A stretch of 47,938 nucleotides of DNA from Polyangiaceae bacterium (GCA_044376115.1 JBILLK010000044.1:1-47938); one strand, 5' to 3'; shown: positions 27,360 to 37,091, counted from the first letter of the stretch. Translations and numbers: made by a program. The notes: generated from the sequence alone by a model not told the origin.

Positions 27360-28790
27360 CTAGCCGCGGGCCTTGACCAGGTGACGGCCAAAGGCCTTCA
27401 TCACGAATAGGTGCGCGAGCGCTTGCGTGTACTTGTAGACGAACCACGGCAAACGCGGCTCGAACTGCGATACCAGCGTGACCACCTCGCTGCCGCCTAA
27501 CACTGTGCGAAACTCCAGCGTCCCGCGGCCGATCGCGGAGGGCGCGACGAGGTCTCCACCGGAGAGCCGGTACACCGTGCGGTCGTGCTCACTCGTCGCT
27601 TCGTCGAGCGAGAGCGCGAGCAAGGGCCGCGGCCAGCCGGCGAGGGAGAAGGCGCAACCACCGCCATCGAGCGGTGTCACGCGCAACATCGGCTTTAGGG
27701 CCGCCGGCAACCAAGCGAAGTAATCCTCGGCCAGCTGCCTTGCGGAAAGCTTCTGCGGGTTAGGGAAGTGTTGCAGCGAGACCACGTTGCGGCTGCGTGC
27801 GCGTGGTTTCGGCGCCGCCGACTCGGCCGGACGAAGGCTCAAGGCCGGCTCATCGCTCGAGGCCTTCTCGGCGAGCAGCGCCTCTTGCACCAGTTGGTCG
27901 AACGGCTTGGCGTCGATGGCCGCTGCGGCTTGAAACTCGAGCCCGCGGGTTGCAACCATCTCGTGCTTCAGGCTCTCGACCAAAGGCAGCACCAGATCGA
28001 CTGAGGCTCCGGTGATGGTGCTCACCCACAAAAGCGAGATCACCGGCAGGTTGAAGGGCAGGGTGAGGATGTGAACCTTGCGACCGAGCAGCTGGCCAGT
28101 CTGACGCAGCATCTCGGCGTACGAGAGCACCGAAGGCGAACCGACGTCGTAAGCGGCGCCGGCGAGCTCGGGATGCTCGGTGGCGTAGACCAAAAGACTC
28201 ACCACGTCCTCGAGGCCGATCGGTTGCGAACGTTCGGTGCCCCAACGCGGGATGATCATCCAGGGGAGCCGTTGCGCGAGCTTGAGCAGGATGTTGAAGG
28301 ACGAACCGCCCGCTCCGATCACCATGCCGGCGCGCAGACTCGTCACCTTCGCTCCGTGGCTCGCGAGCACGCGTTCGACCTCCTCGCGGCTGCGCAAATG
28401 TTCGGACAGCTTGGCCGCCCCCTCGGGCACGATGCCGCCGAGATAGACGATGTGCGTGACCTTGGCCTTCGCGGCGGCGCGAGCGAAGTTGTCGGCGCAA
28501 ACCAGGTCCAAATCGGCGAACGAAGCTTGCACCAGACGCGCAGCCGGGAGCATCGAGTGCACCAAGTAGACGGCTGCCGTCGCGCCCTCGAGCGCCGCGG
28601 TGGCCTGCTCGACGTCGTAAAGATCGCAGCGCCGGTATTCGACCTCGGGGCGCGAGCTCGTGGTGGGCACGCTGCGACCAAGCGCGATTACGTCATTGTC
28701 TTTGGCCAGCGCCTCGACCAGCGCACGTCCGACAAAACCAGAGGCCCCTGCGATGGCGATGCGTTTTCGCGAAGTGGATGAGGACGTCAA
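27360..28790 (-). CDS. NAD(P)-binding atypical SDR/epimerase (YbjT-like)
   Basis: IAIAGASGFVG, AVYLVHSM, IVYLGG, HLRSREEVE, LRAGMVIGAGGSSF and SQPI. TTG start at 28790 is inferred. Confidence 0.85.
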   Translation of the reverse strand: MTSSSTSRKRIAIAGASGFVGRALVEALAKDNDVIALGRSVPTTSSRPEVEYRRCDLYDVEQATAALEGATAAVYLVHSMLPAARLVQASFADLDLVCADNFARAAAKAKVTHIVYLGGIVPEGAAKLSEHLRSREEVERVLASHGAKVTSLRAGMVIGAGGSSFNILLKLAQRLPWMIIPRWGTERSQPIGLEDVVSLLVYATEHPELAGAAYDVGSPSVLSYAEMLRQTGQLLGRKVHILTLPFNLPVISLLWVSTITGASVDLVLPLVESLKHEMVATRGLEFQAAAAIDAKPFDQLVQEALLAEKASSDEPALSLRPAESAAPKPRARSRNVVSLQHFPNPQKLSARQLAEDYFAWLPAALKPMLRVTPLDGGGCAFSLAGWPRPLLALSLDEATSEHDRTVYRLSGGDLVAPSAIGRGTLEFRTVLGGSEVVTLVSQFEPRLPWFVYKYTQALAHLFVMKAFGRHLVKARG

Positions 28791-28879
28791 GCCGGCATCA
28801 AAGCACGGCGGCCTTGGGGCTTGGTCACAATCCCTCACGGTCAGGATGTGGACTTTGCGGCGCCCGACTCGCGGCAGCG

Positions 28880-30340
28880 TCAGTCGTCGTCCTCTTCGGC
28901 CACGACCTCGATCCCAGGCACCACCTCGTAACGGAGCCCTGCGCCTTTCACGAGTTCGCTGAGCAGCGTTCCGGCGTCGAGCTCCTTCGCCTCGAGGCTG
29001 ACCGGCGCCGGCTGCAACGCTTTGTCTAGCAATACCGGCTTTTCGAGCGCCTCGCCCAAGTGCGTGAGCACCTGCTCGAAGGACGCTGCGTTGAGCGTGG
29101 CCGTGATTTGGCGCCCATGCAGCACAGGTCCTGCAGGACCGGGCGAGCCCACCACCCGCACGACCTCCACCTCTTCCCAAACTGCGCCGGCCGACTCGAG
29201 CACGTGGTCAAGCGCGTAGTAGCCGCTCGTCGATTTCAGGTCCACGCTCACGCTCTCGCCGATCTCCCCGCGCACGACGATCGGCGTCTCGAGCAGTTGC
29301 CCGAGCAGGCCGAGCACCTCGCCGGTCTTGGCTTGATTGAGCGTTAGATCGACCTTGCGTTGCAGCGCGCGGTCGAGGCGGGTCTCAGCGTCCGCGGACG
29401 GGGCAGGTTGATCGCTGGGCAGGCTGGCGGCGCTGCTGCGATGACGCGAGCTGGCTGGGAATCGCCGCGCCGAAGCGAGCGAAGCGGCGCTGCGATCGGC
29501 CGGAGCCGTGCTTGTGGCGAGCGGCTGCGAGGGGACGAGAGCGCCGGGCTGCTGCGCGGAGGCCAAAGCGGCGGGCGCTTGATCGTGCGGGCCGCTGCGC
29601 AAGGCGAGCCAGCCGAGCCCCAGCGCGGCCGCGGTGCCCAAGCCGAGCGCCACGATGGTTTTGCTGCTGAGCCACGCCTGCAACCCGCTCTCAGCCGCTG
29701 CTTTGACTGGAGCTGCGCTGGCGACGGTGGGCGGCAAGGCCACCGCGGCTGCGACAGCGGCGGCGGTGAAGGCTGCGCCCGGGCCGGAGGCTCGCAGCGA
29801 GCGCTCGACCGTGCTCATGACCCGCTCGGCCAAACGTTCGCGGGCCCGGCTGACCCGCTGTTTGGCCGTCGCTTCGCTGATGTCGAGCGCGCGAGCGACC
29901 TCCTTCATCGAGAGCTCCTGCCGATAAAACAGCACCAGCGGCTCGCGTTGCGCCTCGTCCAAGCTGGCCAGGGCTCGCTCCACCAAGGCCGCGTCTTCGG
30001 CTGAAACAAGCTCGTCGAGCGGGCTCGCTGCGCCGCTCTCGCGAGCGTCCAATTCGTCCGAGGCTTCGCTGCGGCGCAAACTTCGGCGGGCGTTGCGCGC
30101 GAGGTTGCGGGCAATGCCGCAGATCCACGACGGAAGTTTGGGTGGCTCGTTCAGCGTCGGCAGTTTGCGCCAAGCGACGAGGAAAGCCTCCTGGGCGATT
30201 TCTTCGCTCACCGCGCGGTCCCCCAGCGCGCTGAAGGCCACGGCGCACACTGCGCGTTGGTGCTCGGAGACAAGGCGCTCAAATGAGTCGAGGGTGGGGG
30301 GTTGAACGGCAGGCCAGCTCATCGGGATCGTCGTGGTCAT
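28880..30340 (-). CDS. ECF sigma factor with TM helix and C-terminal extension
   Basis: Sigma2 (EEIAQEAFLVAW...WICGIARN) and sigma4 (LFYRQELSMKEVARALDISEATAKQRVSRAR), then a TM helix and two STN/secretin-N-like repeats. Confidence 0.88.
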   Translation of the reverse strand: MTTTIPMSWPAVQPPTLDSFERLVSEHQRAVCAVAFSALGDRAVSEEIAQEAFLVAWRKLPTLNEPPKLPSWICGIARNLARNARRSLRRSEASDELDARESGAASPLDELVSAEDAALVERALASLDEAQREPLVLFYRQELSMKEVARALDISEATAKQRVSRARERLAERVMSTVERSLRASGPGAAFTAAAVAAAVALPPTVASAAPVKAAAESGLQAWLSSKTIVALGLGTAAALGLGWLALRSGPHDQAPAALASAQQPGALVPSQPLATSTAPADRSAASLASARRFPASSRHRSSAASLPSDQPAPSADAETRLDRALQRKVDLTLNQAKTGEVLGLLGQLLETPIVVRGEIGESVSVDLKSTSGYYALDHVLESAGAVWEEVEVVRVVGSPGPAGPVLHGRQITATLNAASFEQVLTHLGEALEKPVLLDKALQPAPVSLEAKELDAGTLLSELVKGAGLRYEVVPGIEVVAEEDDD

Positions 30341-30345
30341 GGTGT

Positions 30346-30384
30346 CCTCGACCTAGCCATGTCGGGTCGAGGCGAAAGGTGACA
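30346..30384 (-). promoter_or_regulatory. Putative ECF-type -35 (TGTCACC) and RBS-occluding hairpin upstream of the ECF gene
   Basis: Minus strand TGTCACC at 30384-30378. Inverted repeat CCTCGACC (30346-30353)/GGTCGAGG (30365-30372) overlaps the GAGG SD. Confidence 0.4.
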
Positions 30385-30440
30385 GGGCGGCTGTCGATTT
30401 TTTGCGGACCCGGTCGTTCCGGCCTACGGACCCAGGCGAA

Positions 30441-30929
30441 TTACTGCTTTTTGGCCGGTGCGGCTGCTGCGCCTTCCTTCTCGACCAGCATCACGACCTC
30501 GCTGCGCCAGCCGCCGCGATAATGGAAACGGTAGCCGCCCCAGCTGGCCTCGTCTTGGCCAGGGGAGTAGAAGGAGATGTCGCCGGTCTCGCTGCCGCGG
30601 GTGATCTTTATGCCGACCCGCATGATCGAGTTGCCCTCCATCGTGCGCTTCTCAATGTTTTCCACGACCTCCAGCTTGAGGTCGAAGATGGTGCCGGTGC
30701 CGTCGGTCTTGACGGTGATTTCGGCGCTATTCATCGAAGACGCTCCATTCGCTGGGGTGCTGGTTGACGGAGCCGTGGCGCTGGTTGCAGCGGTCGTGAC
30801 GCTGCTTACGTCGCTCGCGGTTGCCGACGGTGCTGCGGCCGCTAGGCCCGGCTGGGTCATCGGACTCGCGGCGCTCGAACAAGCGCAACCAAGCAAACAG
30901 CCGAGCACCACCCAGGTCGAAGAAGCCAT
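30441..30929 (-). CDS. Hypothetical lipoprotein
   Basis: ATG at 30929, MASSTWVVLGCLLGCAC, Ala/Ser/Thr linker and a small beta domain. Confidence 0.7.
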   Translation of the reverse strand: MASSTWVVLGCLLGCACSSAASPMTQPGLAAAAPSATASDVSSVTTAATSATAPSTSTPANGASSMNSAEITVKTDGTGTIFDLKLEVVENIEKRTMEGNSIMRVGIKITRGSETGDISFYSPGQDEASWGGYRFHYRGGWRSEVVMLVEKEGAAAAPAKKQ

Positions 30930-31061
30930 GCGCGCGAAGCTAGTGGATTGCGCTTTGCGCCAACAGACCGAACCCAGGCGCTGGTCTGCGCAAATCCATT
31001 CGCGCTCGCTCCGTGTTCGGCGGACGCGATGTAGACTGCCCCCACCGATGAGCGAGACAAG

Positions 31062-31601
31062 GTGCGTCGACGGACCGTCGTAATCGGAGCTGGCGTGCTC
31101 GGGGCCGTCAGCGTCGCGGGGGCTTGGGCGCTCTTCTCTCGGAAGTCGCTCCGGCCGCTGATGGAGGCCATCGCGAAGGCCGTGTCGTTCGAGGAGGCGT
31201 GTGAGGGCGGGGCTGCCTTGCGCAGGTCCCAGTCCGTCGCGACCGAGGTCTCCAAGCTGGTGCACCCCGCGCTCGTGGTCCAGGTGGAGGGTTCGCCGGA
31301 GGCCGAGATGCTCGGAGGAGAGCACTTCGCCGCGAGCGTTGGGGGCCTTTGCCTGGGGCTTTCGCGCTTACACGTCGAGTTCGCGTCGGTGGAGGAGGAC
31401 CGCGGCGTTGCGCAGCGGATGCAGGCCCTTCGCGACCGCGCCACTCTTGACGAAGCCGAGTACCTGTGGGGCGTAGGGAAGGGCGCGATTAGCGTCGTTG
31501 AGGATGGGGTCGCCCGACGCTTCACCTTCACCGCGGACCTGGTTGGTACACCGGACCCTCTGCAGCTGATCGCGGCGGTCGTACGGGTAAGCGAGGCGTG
31601 A
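31062..31601 (+). CDS. Hypothetical exported/membrane-anchored protein
   Basis: 179-aa ORF with an N-terminal hydrophobic segment. Confidence 0.6.
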   Translation: MRRRTVVIGAGVLGAVSVAGAWALFSRKSLRPLMEAIAKAVSFEEACEGGAALRRSQSVATEVSKLVHPALVVQVEGSPEAEMLGGEHFAASVGGLCLGLSRLHVEFASVEEDRGVAQRMQALRDRATLDEAEYLWGVGKGAISVVEDGVARRFTFTADLVGTPDPLQLIAAVVRVSEA

Positions 31602-31609
31602 GGCCAGCG

Positions 31610-31870
31610 ATGAGCGATGATAGACTGCCTCTACCACCGATGAGCGATGACCAGGCACGACAGCAGCGCGCGGCGCTGCGGCAGAGCACGATGACCTTGC
31701 TCAAGACACGGCTTGGCGCTGAGCCCGCAGACGCAACCGTGCGGGGGGCGCAAGCGGTGTCGCTCGTGGGTCAACTCACACTCATGGCCTGGGCTATGGC
31801 TGGCCGCTCTCTTCCGTCTTACTCCCGGGCTGAAACACCTGTGAAGTGGGTCCCGCAGAGTCGCGCGTGA
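31610..31870 (+). CDS. Small hypothetical protein, putative antitoxin partner
   Basis: 86 aa (alternative ATG at 31640). Its stop overlaps the start of the nucleotidyltransferase (GTGA). Confidence 0.55.
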   Translation: MSDDRLPLPPMSDDQARQQRAALRQSTMTLLKTRLGAEPADATVRGAQAVSLVGQLTLMAWAMAGRSLPSYSRAETPVKWVPQSRA

Positions 31871-32328
31871 TCCAACTCCACGATGACTTCCGTGATCTCT
31901 TGATCGCACTTGCCGATGCCGGCGCTGAGTTCGTCGTGATCGGCGGCTACGCCGTGGCCTTTCATGGGCATGTCCGTGCGACGAAGGATCTCGACGTCCT
32001 GGTGCGAGCGACAGTAGCCAACAGCGAGCGGGTGTTTCGCGCCCTTGCGGCATTTGGCGCGCCTTTGCAGGCCTTCGAGGTCGAGTCGAGCGACTTCGCG
32101 ACCTACGATGGCGTGCTTCAGATCGGCGTTCCGCCCTACCGCGTCGACATCATCAACAGAGCTGCCGGGATCAGCTTCGATGACGCAACCTCTGAAGGAG
32201 CAACCTTCGAGGTAGAGGGCCGATTCATCCCGGTCATTGGAAAGCAGGCGCTCCTCACCAACAAGCGAGCGGCGGCGCGGGCGCAAGACATCGCGGATGT
32301 GGAAGCGCTCGAGTCCCTCGAGCCGTGA
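31867..32328 (+). CDS. Minimal nucleotidyltransferase (DUF6036/AbiEii-like)
   Basis: FVVIGGYAVAFHGHVRATKDLD and NKRAAARAQDIADVEAL. Confidence 0.85.
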   Translation: MIQLHDDFRDLLIALADAGAEFVVIGGYAVAFHGHVRATKDLDVLVRATVANSERVFRALAAFGAPLQAFEVESSDFATYDGVLQIGVPPYRVDIINRAAGISFDDATSEGATFEVEGRFIPVIGKQALLTNKRAAARAQDIADVEALESLEP

Positions 32329-32658
32329 GCTCGGTGAAGTATCGCGTGCGACATTGAGGCGCCGCGGAGCCTCTCAGCCGATATCGAGCAAGAGCTCCAC
32401 TTGCTCCGGTGTGTTGGCCAGATGCGGCAGGACGAATACCGCCTGTGCAGCTCAGACGTTTCGAGCGAATCTCGGGCGCAAAGGAGCGCCCCGTCGCGAG
32501 GAGAACCGAACGGCGTGCGCAGCGATTCCGCGCGCGGTGCCCTTTGCCAAGATGTCGATGGGCCGCTCTGTCTCGCGTCGTTTCGAAGGAGCCCGAACTC
32601 GGGGGCCGCGCGGCGGTGCGATGGACGGAATGGCGCGGCGCAAGGTAGCTTGCGAGCG

Positions 32659-33132
32659 ATGGAAAGAGTCGCTGTGCTGGTGTTGTTCTCGATCGCGTGT
32701 GCGGCGGGTGGCTCTCCGACGGACGCAGACAAGAGCGTGATGTCCAAGAACGACGCGGTCCTCGCGGCGGTTTATCTCCACGAGCTCGAGCAGGCCAGCC
32801 TCGACGCGAGCACGAACGTCTGCCTGGCGGTGCGTGGCGAGGTGACGGACTTCGCCGCCGTGCTCGGGGCGGTCCGGGCGAGTTTTCCTCACGCCGTTCC
32901 CGACGCAGAGTGCAGCGGCGGTGGGCCTGTTGGGCCGGTCGTGCTGAACGCGGGCGGTAGCGCCGTACGCCTCGACATCGGCCCCATCACCTGGGTCGAC
33001 GACGCGACGGCTAGAATCACCGGCGGAGGCCCGCATGCCGGCGGTATGACGGTGAGCGAGCGCGAGTACACCGTCGTCTTGGACGGCGGTGATTGGAAGG
33101 TCAGCGGGGAGAAGCCCGGCCTGACGATCTGA
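32659..33132 (+). CDS. Hypothetical lipoprotein
   Basis: ATG at 32659, MERVAVLVLFSIAC, and a C-terminal GGDWKV strand. Confidence 0.7.
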   Translation: MERVAVLVLFSIACAAGGSPTDADKSVMSKNDAVLAAVYLHELEQASLDASTNVCLAVRGEVTDFAAVLGAVRASFPHAVPDAECSGGGPVGPVVLNAGGSAVRLDIGPITWVDDATARITGGGPHAGGMTVSEREYTVVLDGGDWKVSGEKPGLTI

Positions 33133-33197
33133 GCCTGCGCGGCTTCAATCGCATTCAGGCCCGAGGTTGCGTGTAGCATCGGCGCATCGTGCGCAAG

Positions 33198-33926
33198 ATG
33201 AGAGCCCTGGTCGCGTCAATCGCCTCGCTTGCCGCTTGCGGCCGAACTCCCGGCCCGCCGCCGGCGGGGCAGTTCAACGGGGGCGTGCAAGCAGGGGCGC
33301 AGCCCAGCGTACCCGTGCAAGCAGGGGCGCAGCCCAGCGTGCCCGCCACGGCGGAGTCTAGCGGAGCGGTGAGCCCCTGCGAGGGAGCCTCGCTCGACCT
33401 GCTCGCCGTGATCGCCGATCGCGCTTGTCGCATCTCTGAGGCCGAGGCGGACCGGTTGCGCAAGATCCTGGAGGATCCCGCGCGGACCTCGCTTCGCGTC
33501 GACGCCGACGTGCGCAACGACCAACTCGTGCAGATGAGCATCGTCAACACGGGCAACGCAACGGCCACGCTGCCATTGCTCGTGCACAGCCACCTCGACA
33601 CCTTTCCCGCAATGGCCGGCTCGCTCACCCTCGAGCCTGCGCAGCCAGCTTGGCCTGCAAACATCTCCTTCGAGACCGGACGCACGCTGGTGAGGCTCGT
33701 CCTGCCACCGGGGGCACGCGCCTTCGCGAAGGTGCAGCTCGAGTTTGCGGCGCTCACCGTCGTGTCCTCGGACGTGAGCAAGTGCCCGCCGGACGCGAAG
33801 TGCGCACCGCAGAAGGTAGTCCGTGGGCCACTGCCACCTGGGACGTACACCTTGAGACTACGAACGCCGCTCTACGCAATTCGCCAGGACCTGGAGGCGC
33901 GCGTCCGCTGGCAGACGAAGCCGTAG
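33198..33926 (+). CDS. Hypothetical lipoprotein
   Basis: Lipobox SLAAC. Ig-like C-terminus (LPPGTYTLRL). Confidence 0.7.
   Translation: MRALVASIASLAACGRTPGPPPAGQFNGGVQAGAQPSVPVQAGAQPSVPATAESSGAVSPCEGASLDLLAVIADRACRISEAEADRLRKILEDPARTSLRVDADVRNDQLVQMSIVNTGNATATLPLLVHSHLDTFPAMAGSLTLEPAQPAWPANISFETGRTLVRLVLPPGARAFAKVQLEFAALTVVSSDVSKCPPDAKCAPQKVVRGPLPPGTYTLRLRTPLYAIRQDLEARVRWQTKP
33285..33344 (+). repeat. 30-bp coding tandem duplication (VQAGAQPSVP x2)
   Basis: 33285-33314 and 33315-33344 differ at one base. Confidence 0.9.
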
Positions 33927-34302
33927 GGTCTAGCGCCCCGCGGACCCGGTGCCGTGACGAGCTCTTGCTCAACGTTTGCCAGGGCGAGAAGACTTCCGTG
34001 CACCCGAGCTGAACCGCGGCGCTTGCGCGCGGACCTACCCGTTGTGCTTGAGATAATCCATCTCGGACACAATCGGCGCTCAGCGCTCTCGGGTGAGTGC
34101 CGGCTAGCAGGGCCGGCTGGGCGTCCCACACCGAATCTTGCCCAAGAACTATCGGCTCTCGACGTCAGACCTCAAGTCCGCGCGCGTCACCCTTTGACGA
34201 GATGTCGATTGGTGGGGCTGCGTGATCGGAGGATTCCGCGTCATGCATTCCGCGTCATGCCGACCAGGTCCTCGCGCGGAGCAGCTGCGCATTGCCTCGG
34301 CC

Positions 34303-35030
34303 TTAGTCCTCCTCAAAGAAACGGCCGCGTTCGTCGAAGCGGGCAAGAAATTGCGACTTGGCTCCGGTGCCGAGAACTTCACGCGGAACGTTCCGTTTGT
34401 TGATGTCGCGGAGCACGACGCTGTCACCCTCGGCGAATGGGTGTGCGGGCCAGCGAACGGTGATGTTGAGCATGGTCTGGGCAACGAACCAGTCCTCTTC
34501 GCAGACTGTCACGATGGCACTCGTCTCGCCGGCCACGTCGAGTTGCGTCTTCACGCGGATCCCATATCGCTCACGAAGCGGATCGAGCCTTGCTGCAAGC
34601 TCACCCCGAGCTTCGAGCGCGTCGCCCATTGCAGCGAGACGATCGGCGCGGAGTTCCTCGATCGCACCCTTTGGCCGTTGAAGCGGTCGTCGTCCTTGCC
34701 AGAGGTCACCGCGCGACGCGCAGACGAGGCGCACCAGGTGACGAACTGGGCGATCTCCGAGCGCGCGTAGCAGGTGGCGCTCTTCAACGCAGGAGAGTGG
34801 TCCACGATGTCGAACACGAACGGCAAAACGGGGGCTGTAATCGGATAAATGGTGCCCTGGTGCCAGACGTGTGAGCAGAGCACGTCAAGCCAAGCGTCGG
34901 AGAACTCATCGTCCTCGGCATCGTCGGCCCAGCGCATGATCTCGAGCGCCGTTGGCACGTCGCGATCGGTGCCATAGGCGCCCTCCAGCTCGCTCCAGTC
35001 GACGGCCCGCACCTCTGACCACGTAGGCAT
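34303..35030 (-). pseudogene. Frameshifted or chimeric hypothetical gene
   Basis: The 5' frame (DWSELEGAYG...VWHQGTIYPITAPVLPF) looks coding until ~34665. Coding-like sequence then continues in another frame (AIEELRAD...FFEED*, stop 34303). Confidence 0.5.
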
Positions 35031-35126
35031 TGGGGCGTGTTCCAACTTTGGCGGTCGCTCGTCAAGGGCCCGCAGGTCAGGCTCTCTTGCGTGCGGGACG
35101 CCTGTTCGACGCGCGGTCGATTTGTC

Positions 35127-35142
35127 TATCTACTGATAGGTA
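35127..35142. promoter_or_regulatory. Putative TetR operator
   Basis: AT-rich dyad TATCTA-CTGA-TAGGTA about 80 bp upstream of the GST-cupin-TetR operon. Confidence 0.55.
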
Positions 35143-35220
35143 AGTTGGCTAGCGTCGTCCTCGGTCGTCGAATGCTGCCGCGTGGGTCGGCAGCTGGGCT
35201 CACCACAAGGAGAACAAGCG

Positions 35221-35838
35221 ATGAGGATTTACGACTTCGAAGGCTTTCCGAACCCGGCGCGCGTGCGCATCGCTCTTGCTGAAAAAGGCGCTACTTCGAA
35301 GGTGGAGTTCGTCCACGTGGACGTGATGAAGGGTGAGCACCGCTCGCCCGAGTTCACCGCCAAGAACCCGAGCGCCGCGGTGCCGGTGCTCGAGCTCGAC
35401 GACGGCACGACCATCTCGGAGTGCACGGCGATCACCGAGTACCTCGACCACGCCTTTGAAGGCATTGCGCTGACCGGCCGCAGCGCGAAGGAACGCGCGG
35501 TCATTCACATGATGCAGCGCCGCGCTGAGCAAGGTGTCATGGACGCTGTGGGCACCTACTTCCACCACGCGACGGCCGGGCTGGGTGCACTGGAGACCTA
35601 CCAAAACAAGGAGTGGGGCGAGAAGCAGCGGGAGCGCGCGCTCGCGGGCATGCGCTACTTCGACGACGTGTTGGCGAAGCAGCCTTACGCCGCCGGAGCC
35701 AACTTCTCGATGGTCGACATCACGCTCTTCGCCGGCTTGAACTTCGCCGACTTCGCGAAGATCGAGTTTCCGCGCGAGTGCACGCACCTCGCAGCGTGGC
35801 GTGCGCGCATGGCCGAACGACCGAGCATGAAGAGCTAG
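35221..35838 (+). CDS. Glutathione S-transferase family protein
   Basis: AAGGAG RBS. PNPARVRIALAEKG, KNPSAAVPVLELDDG, ISECTAI and FSMVDIT. Confidence 0.93.
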   Translation: MRIYDFEGFPNPARVRIALAEKGATSKVEFVHVDVMKGEHRSPEFTAKNPSAAVPVLELDDGTTISECTAITEYLDHAFEGIALTGRSAKERAVIHMMQRRAEQGVMDAVGTYFHHATAGLGALETYQNKEWGEKQRERALAGMRYFDDVLAKQPYAAGANFSMVDITLFAGLNFADFAKIEFPRECTHLAAWRARMAERPSMKS

Positions 35839-35842
35839 CGCG

Positions 35843-36520
35843 ATGGACGTCAACGCCGATTTCTCGCAGCGCGTCCTGCTACATGGCGCGCAGCTACCTT
35901 GGGTGGACTCGCCCATCGTCGGGGTTCAGCGCCGCATGCTCGACCGCATCGGGGATGAGGTCGCGCGCGCCACCTCCATCGTCCGCTACGCGCCGGGCAG
36001 CCAGTTCTCGCCGCACAAGCACAGCGGCGGTGAAGAGTTCATCGTGCTCGAAGGGGTGTTCTCCGATGAGCACGGTGACTTCCCCGCCGGTTGCTACGTC
36101 CGCAACCCGCCGGGCTCGCGGCACACCCCGGGCTCGGCCGAGGGCTGTGTGATCTTCGTCAAGCTGTGGCAGTTCGACGCGGCCGACCGCAGCGCGGTGA
36201 TCATCGACATGAACAAGATCGGCCGTGTGCGCGACCCCGAACGCGTCGGGATCGCCGTGTCGCCGCTGTTCGAGGATGAACGCGAGACGGTTGAACTGCG
36301 TCACTATCAGCCGAACGCGAAGAGCACCGACGTCTTCCCGGAGGGGGCGGAGTTGCTCGTCGTCCGCGGCAGTCTCGATGCGCTGGGAGAGTCGCTCCAG
36401 CCGATGTCCTGGCTCCGCATACCGTGCGGTGGGCAGCTCAGTGCCGCGGCGGGCGCAGCCGGGGCGCAGGTCTGGCTGAAGCAGCGTCACCTGCGTAACG
36501 CCTGCGCACCTGCGCTATAA
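35843..36520 (+). CDS. ChrR-like cupin domain protein
   Basis: VQRRMLDRIGDEVARATSIVRY, HKHSGGEE, YVRNPPGSRHTP and FVKLWQF. Confidence 0.9.
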   Translation: MDVNADFSQRVLLHGAQLPWVDSPIVGVQRRMLDRIGDEVARATSIVRYAPGSQFSPHKHSGGEEFIVLEGVFSDEHGDFPAGCYVRNPPGSRHTPGSAEGCVIFVKLWQFDAADRSAVIIDMNKIGRVRDPERVGIAVSPLFEDERETVELRHYQPNAKSTDVFPEGAELLVVRGSLDALGESLQPMSWLRIPCGGQLSAAAGAAGAQVWLKQRHLRNACAPAL

Positions 36521-36527
36521 GTCAGGA

Positions 36528-37091
36528 GTGGCTGATACGCGCTCCGAACTAGAAGCTCTCGCGCTCGCCCGGATCCAACGCTCGGGCGTGCGCGACCTGA
36601 GCTTTCGGACCCTCGCTGACGACATCGGCGTGAAGTCCTCGAGCGTGCACTACTACTTCCCCGAGAAGGGCGATCTCACCGCGGCGTTGATCACCGCGTA
36701 CACCGAGCGCTTCGTCGCGCAGCTTGAGCAAATCTCCGAGCAGCCCGGCACGGCTCGCAGCAAGCTGATGGCCTTCGTCGATCTGTTCGAGGAGGCCGCA
36801 ACCAGCGACAAGTTGTGCCTGTGCGGGATGCTGGCCGCGGAGCTCTCCGCGCTGGATGACCGCTGTCGCAAGTTGCTCGAGCTCTTCTTCAAGCAGAGCG
36901 AGGACTGGTTGGCCAAGCTGCTCAAAGCGCACAAGTCGGAGCTAACCAGCGCGCTTGCCCCAGCCAACCTCGCGTCGGTGATTATGAGCGGCCTCGAAGG
37001 CGCGCTCCTGCTCGACCGCGCCCACGGCGCTGGCCGTCACCTGCGAGCCCAGCGCCAATGGATCGCGAGCCTGGTCGGTAAAGAGCGCTGA
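36528..37091 (+). CDS. TetR/AcrR family transcriptional regulator
   Basis: AGGA RBS. HTH SFRTLADDIGVKSSSVHYYFPEK and C-terminal CLCGMLAAE. Confidence 0.93.
   Translation: MADTRSELEALALARIQRSGVRDLSFRTLADDIGVKSSSVHYYFPEKGDLTAALITAYTERFVAQLEQISEQPGTARSKLMAFVDLFEEAATSDKLCLCGMLAAELSALDDRCRKLLELFFKQSEDWLAKLLKAHKSELTSALAPANLASVIMSGLEGALLLDRAHGAGRHLRAQRQWIASLVGKER

Noticed and set aside
32329..32658. Possible ncRNA or gene in the 330-bp spacer
   Set aside because: Only a short minus-strand scrap (QAVFVLPHLANTPEQVELLLDIG*) is visible, with no recognisable RNA motif.
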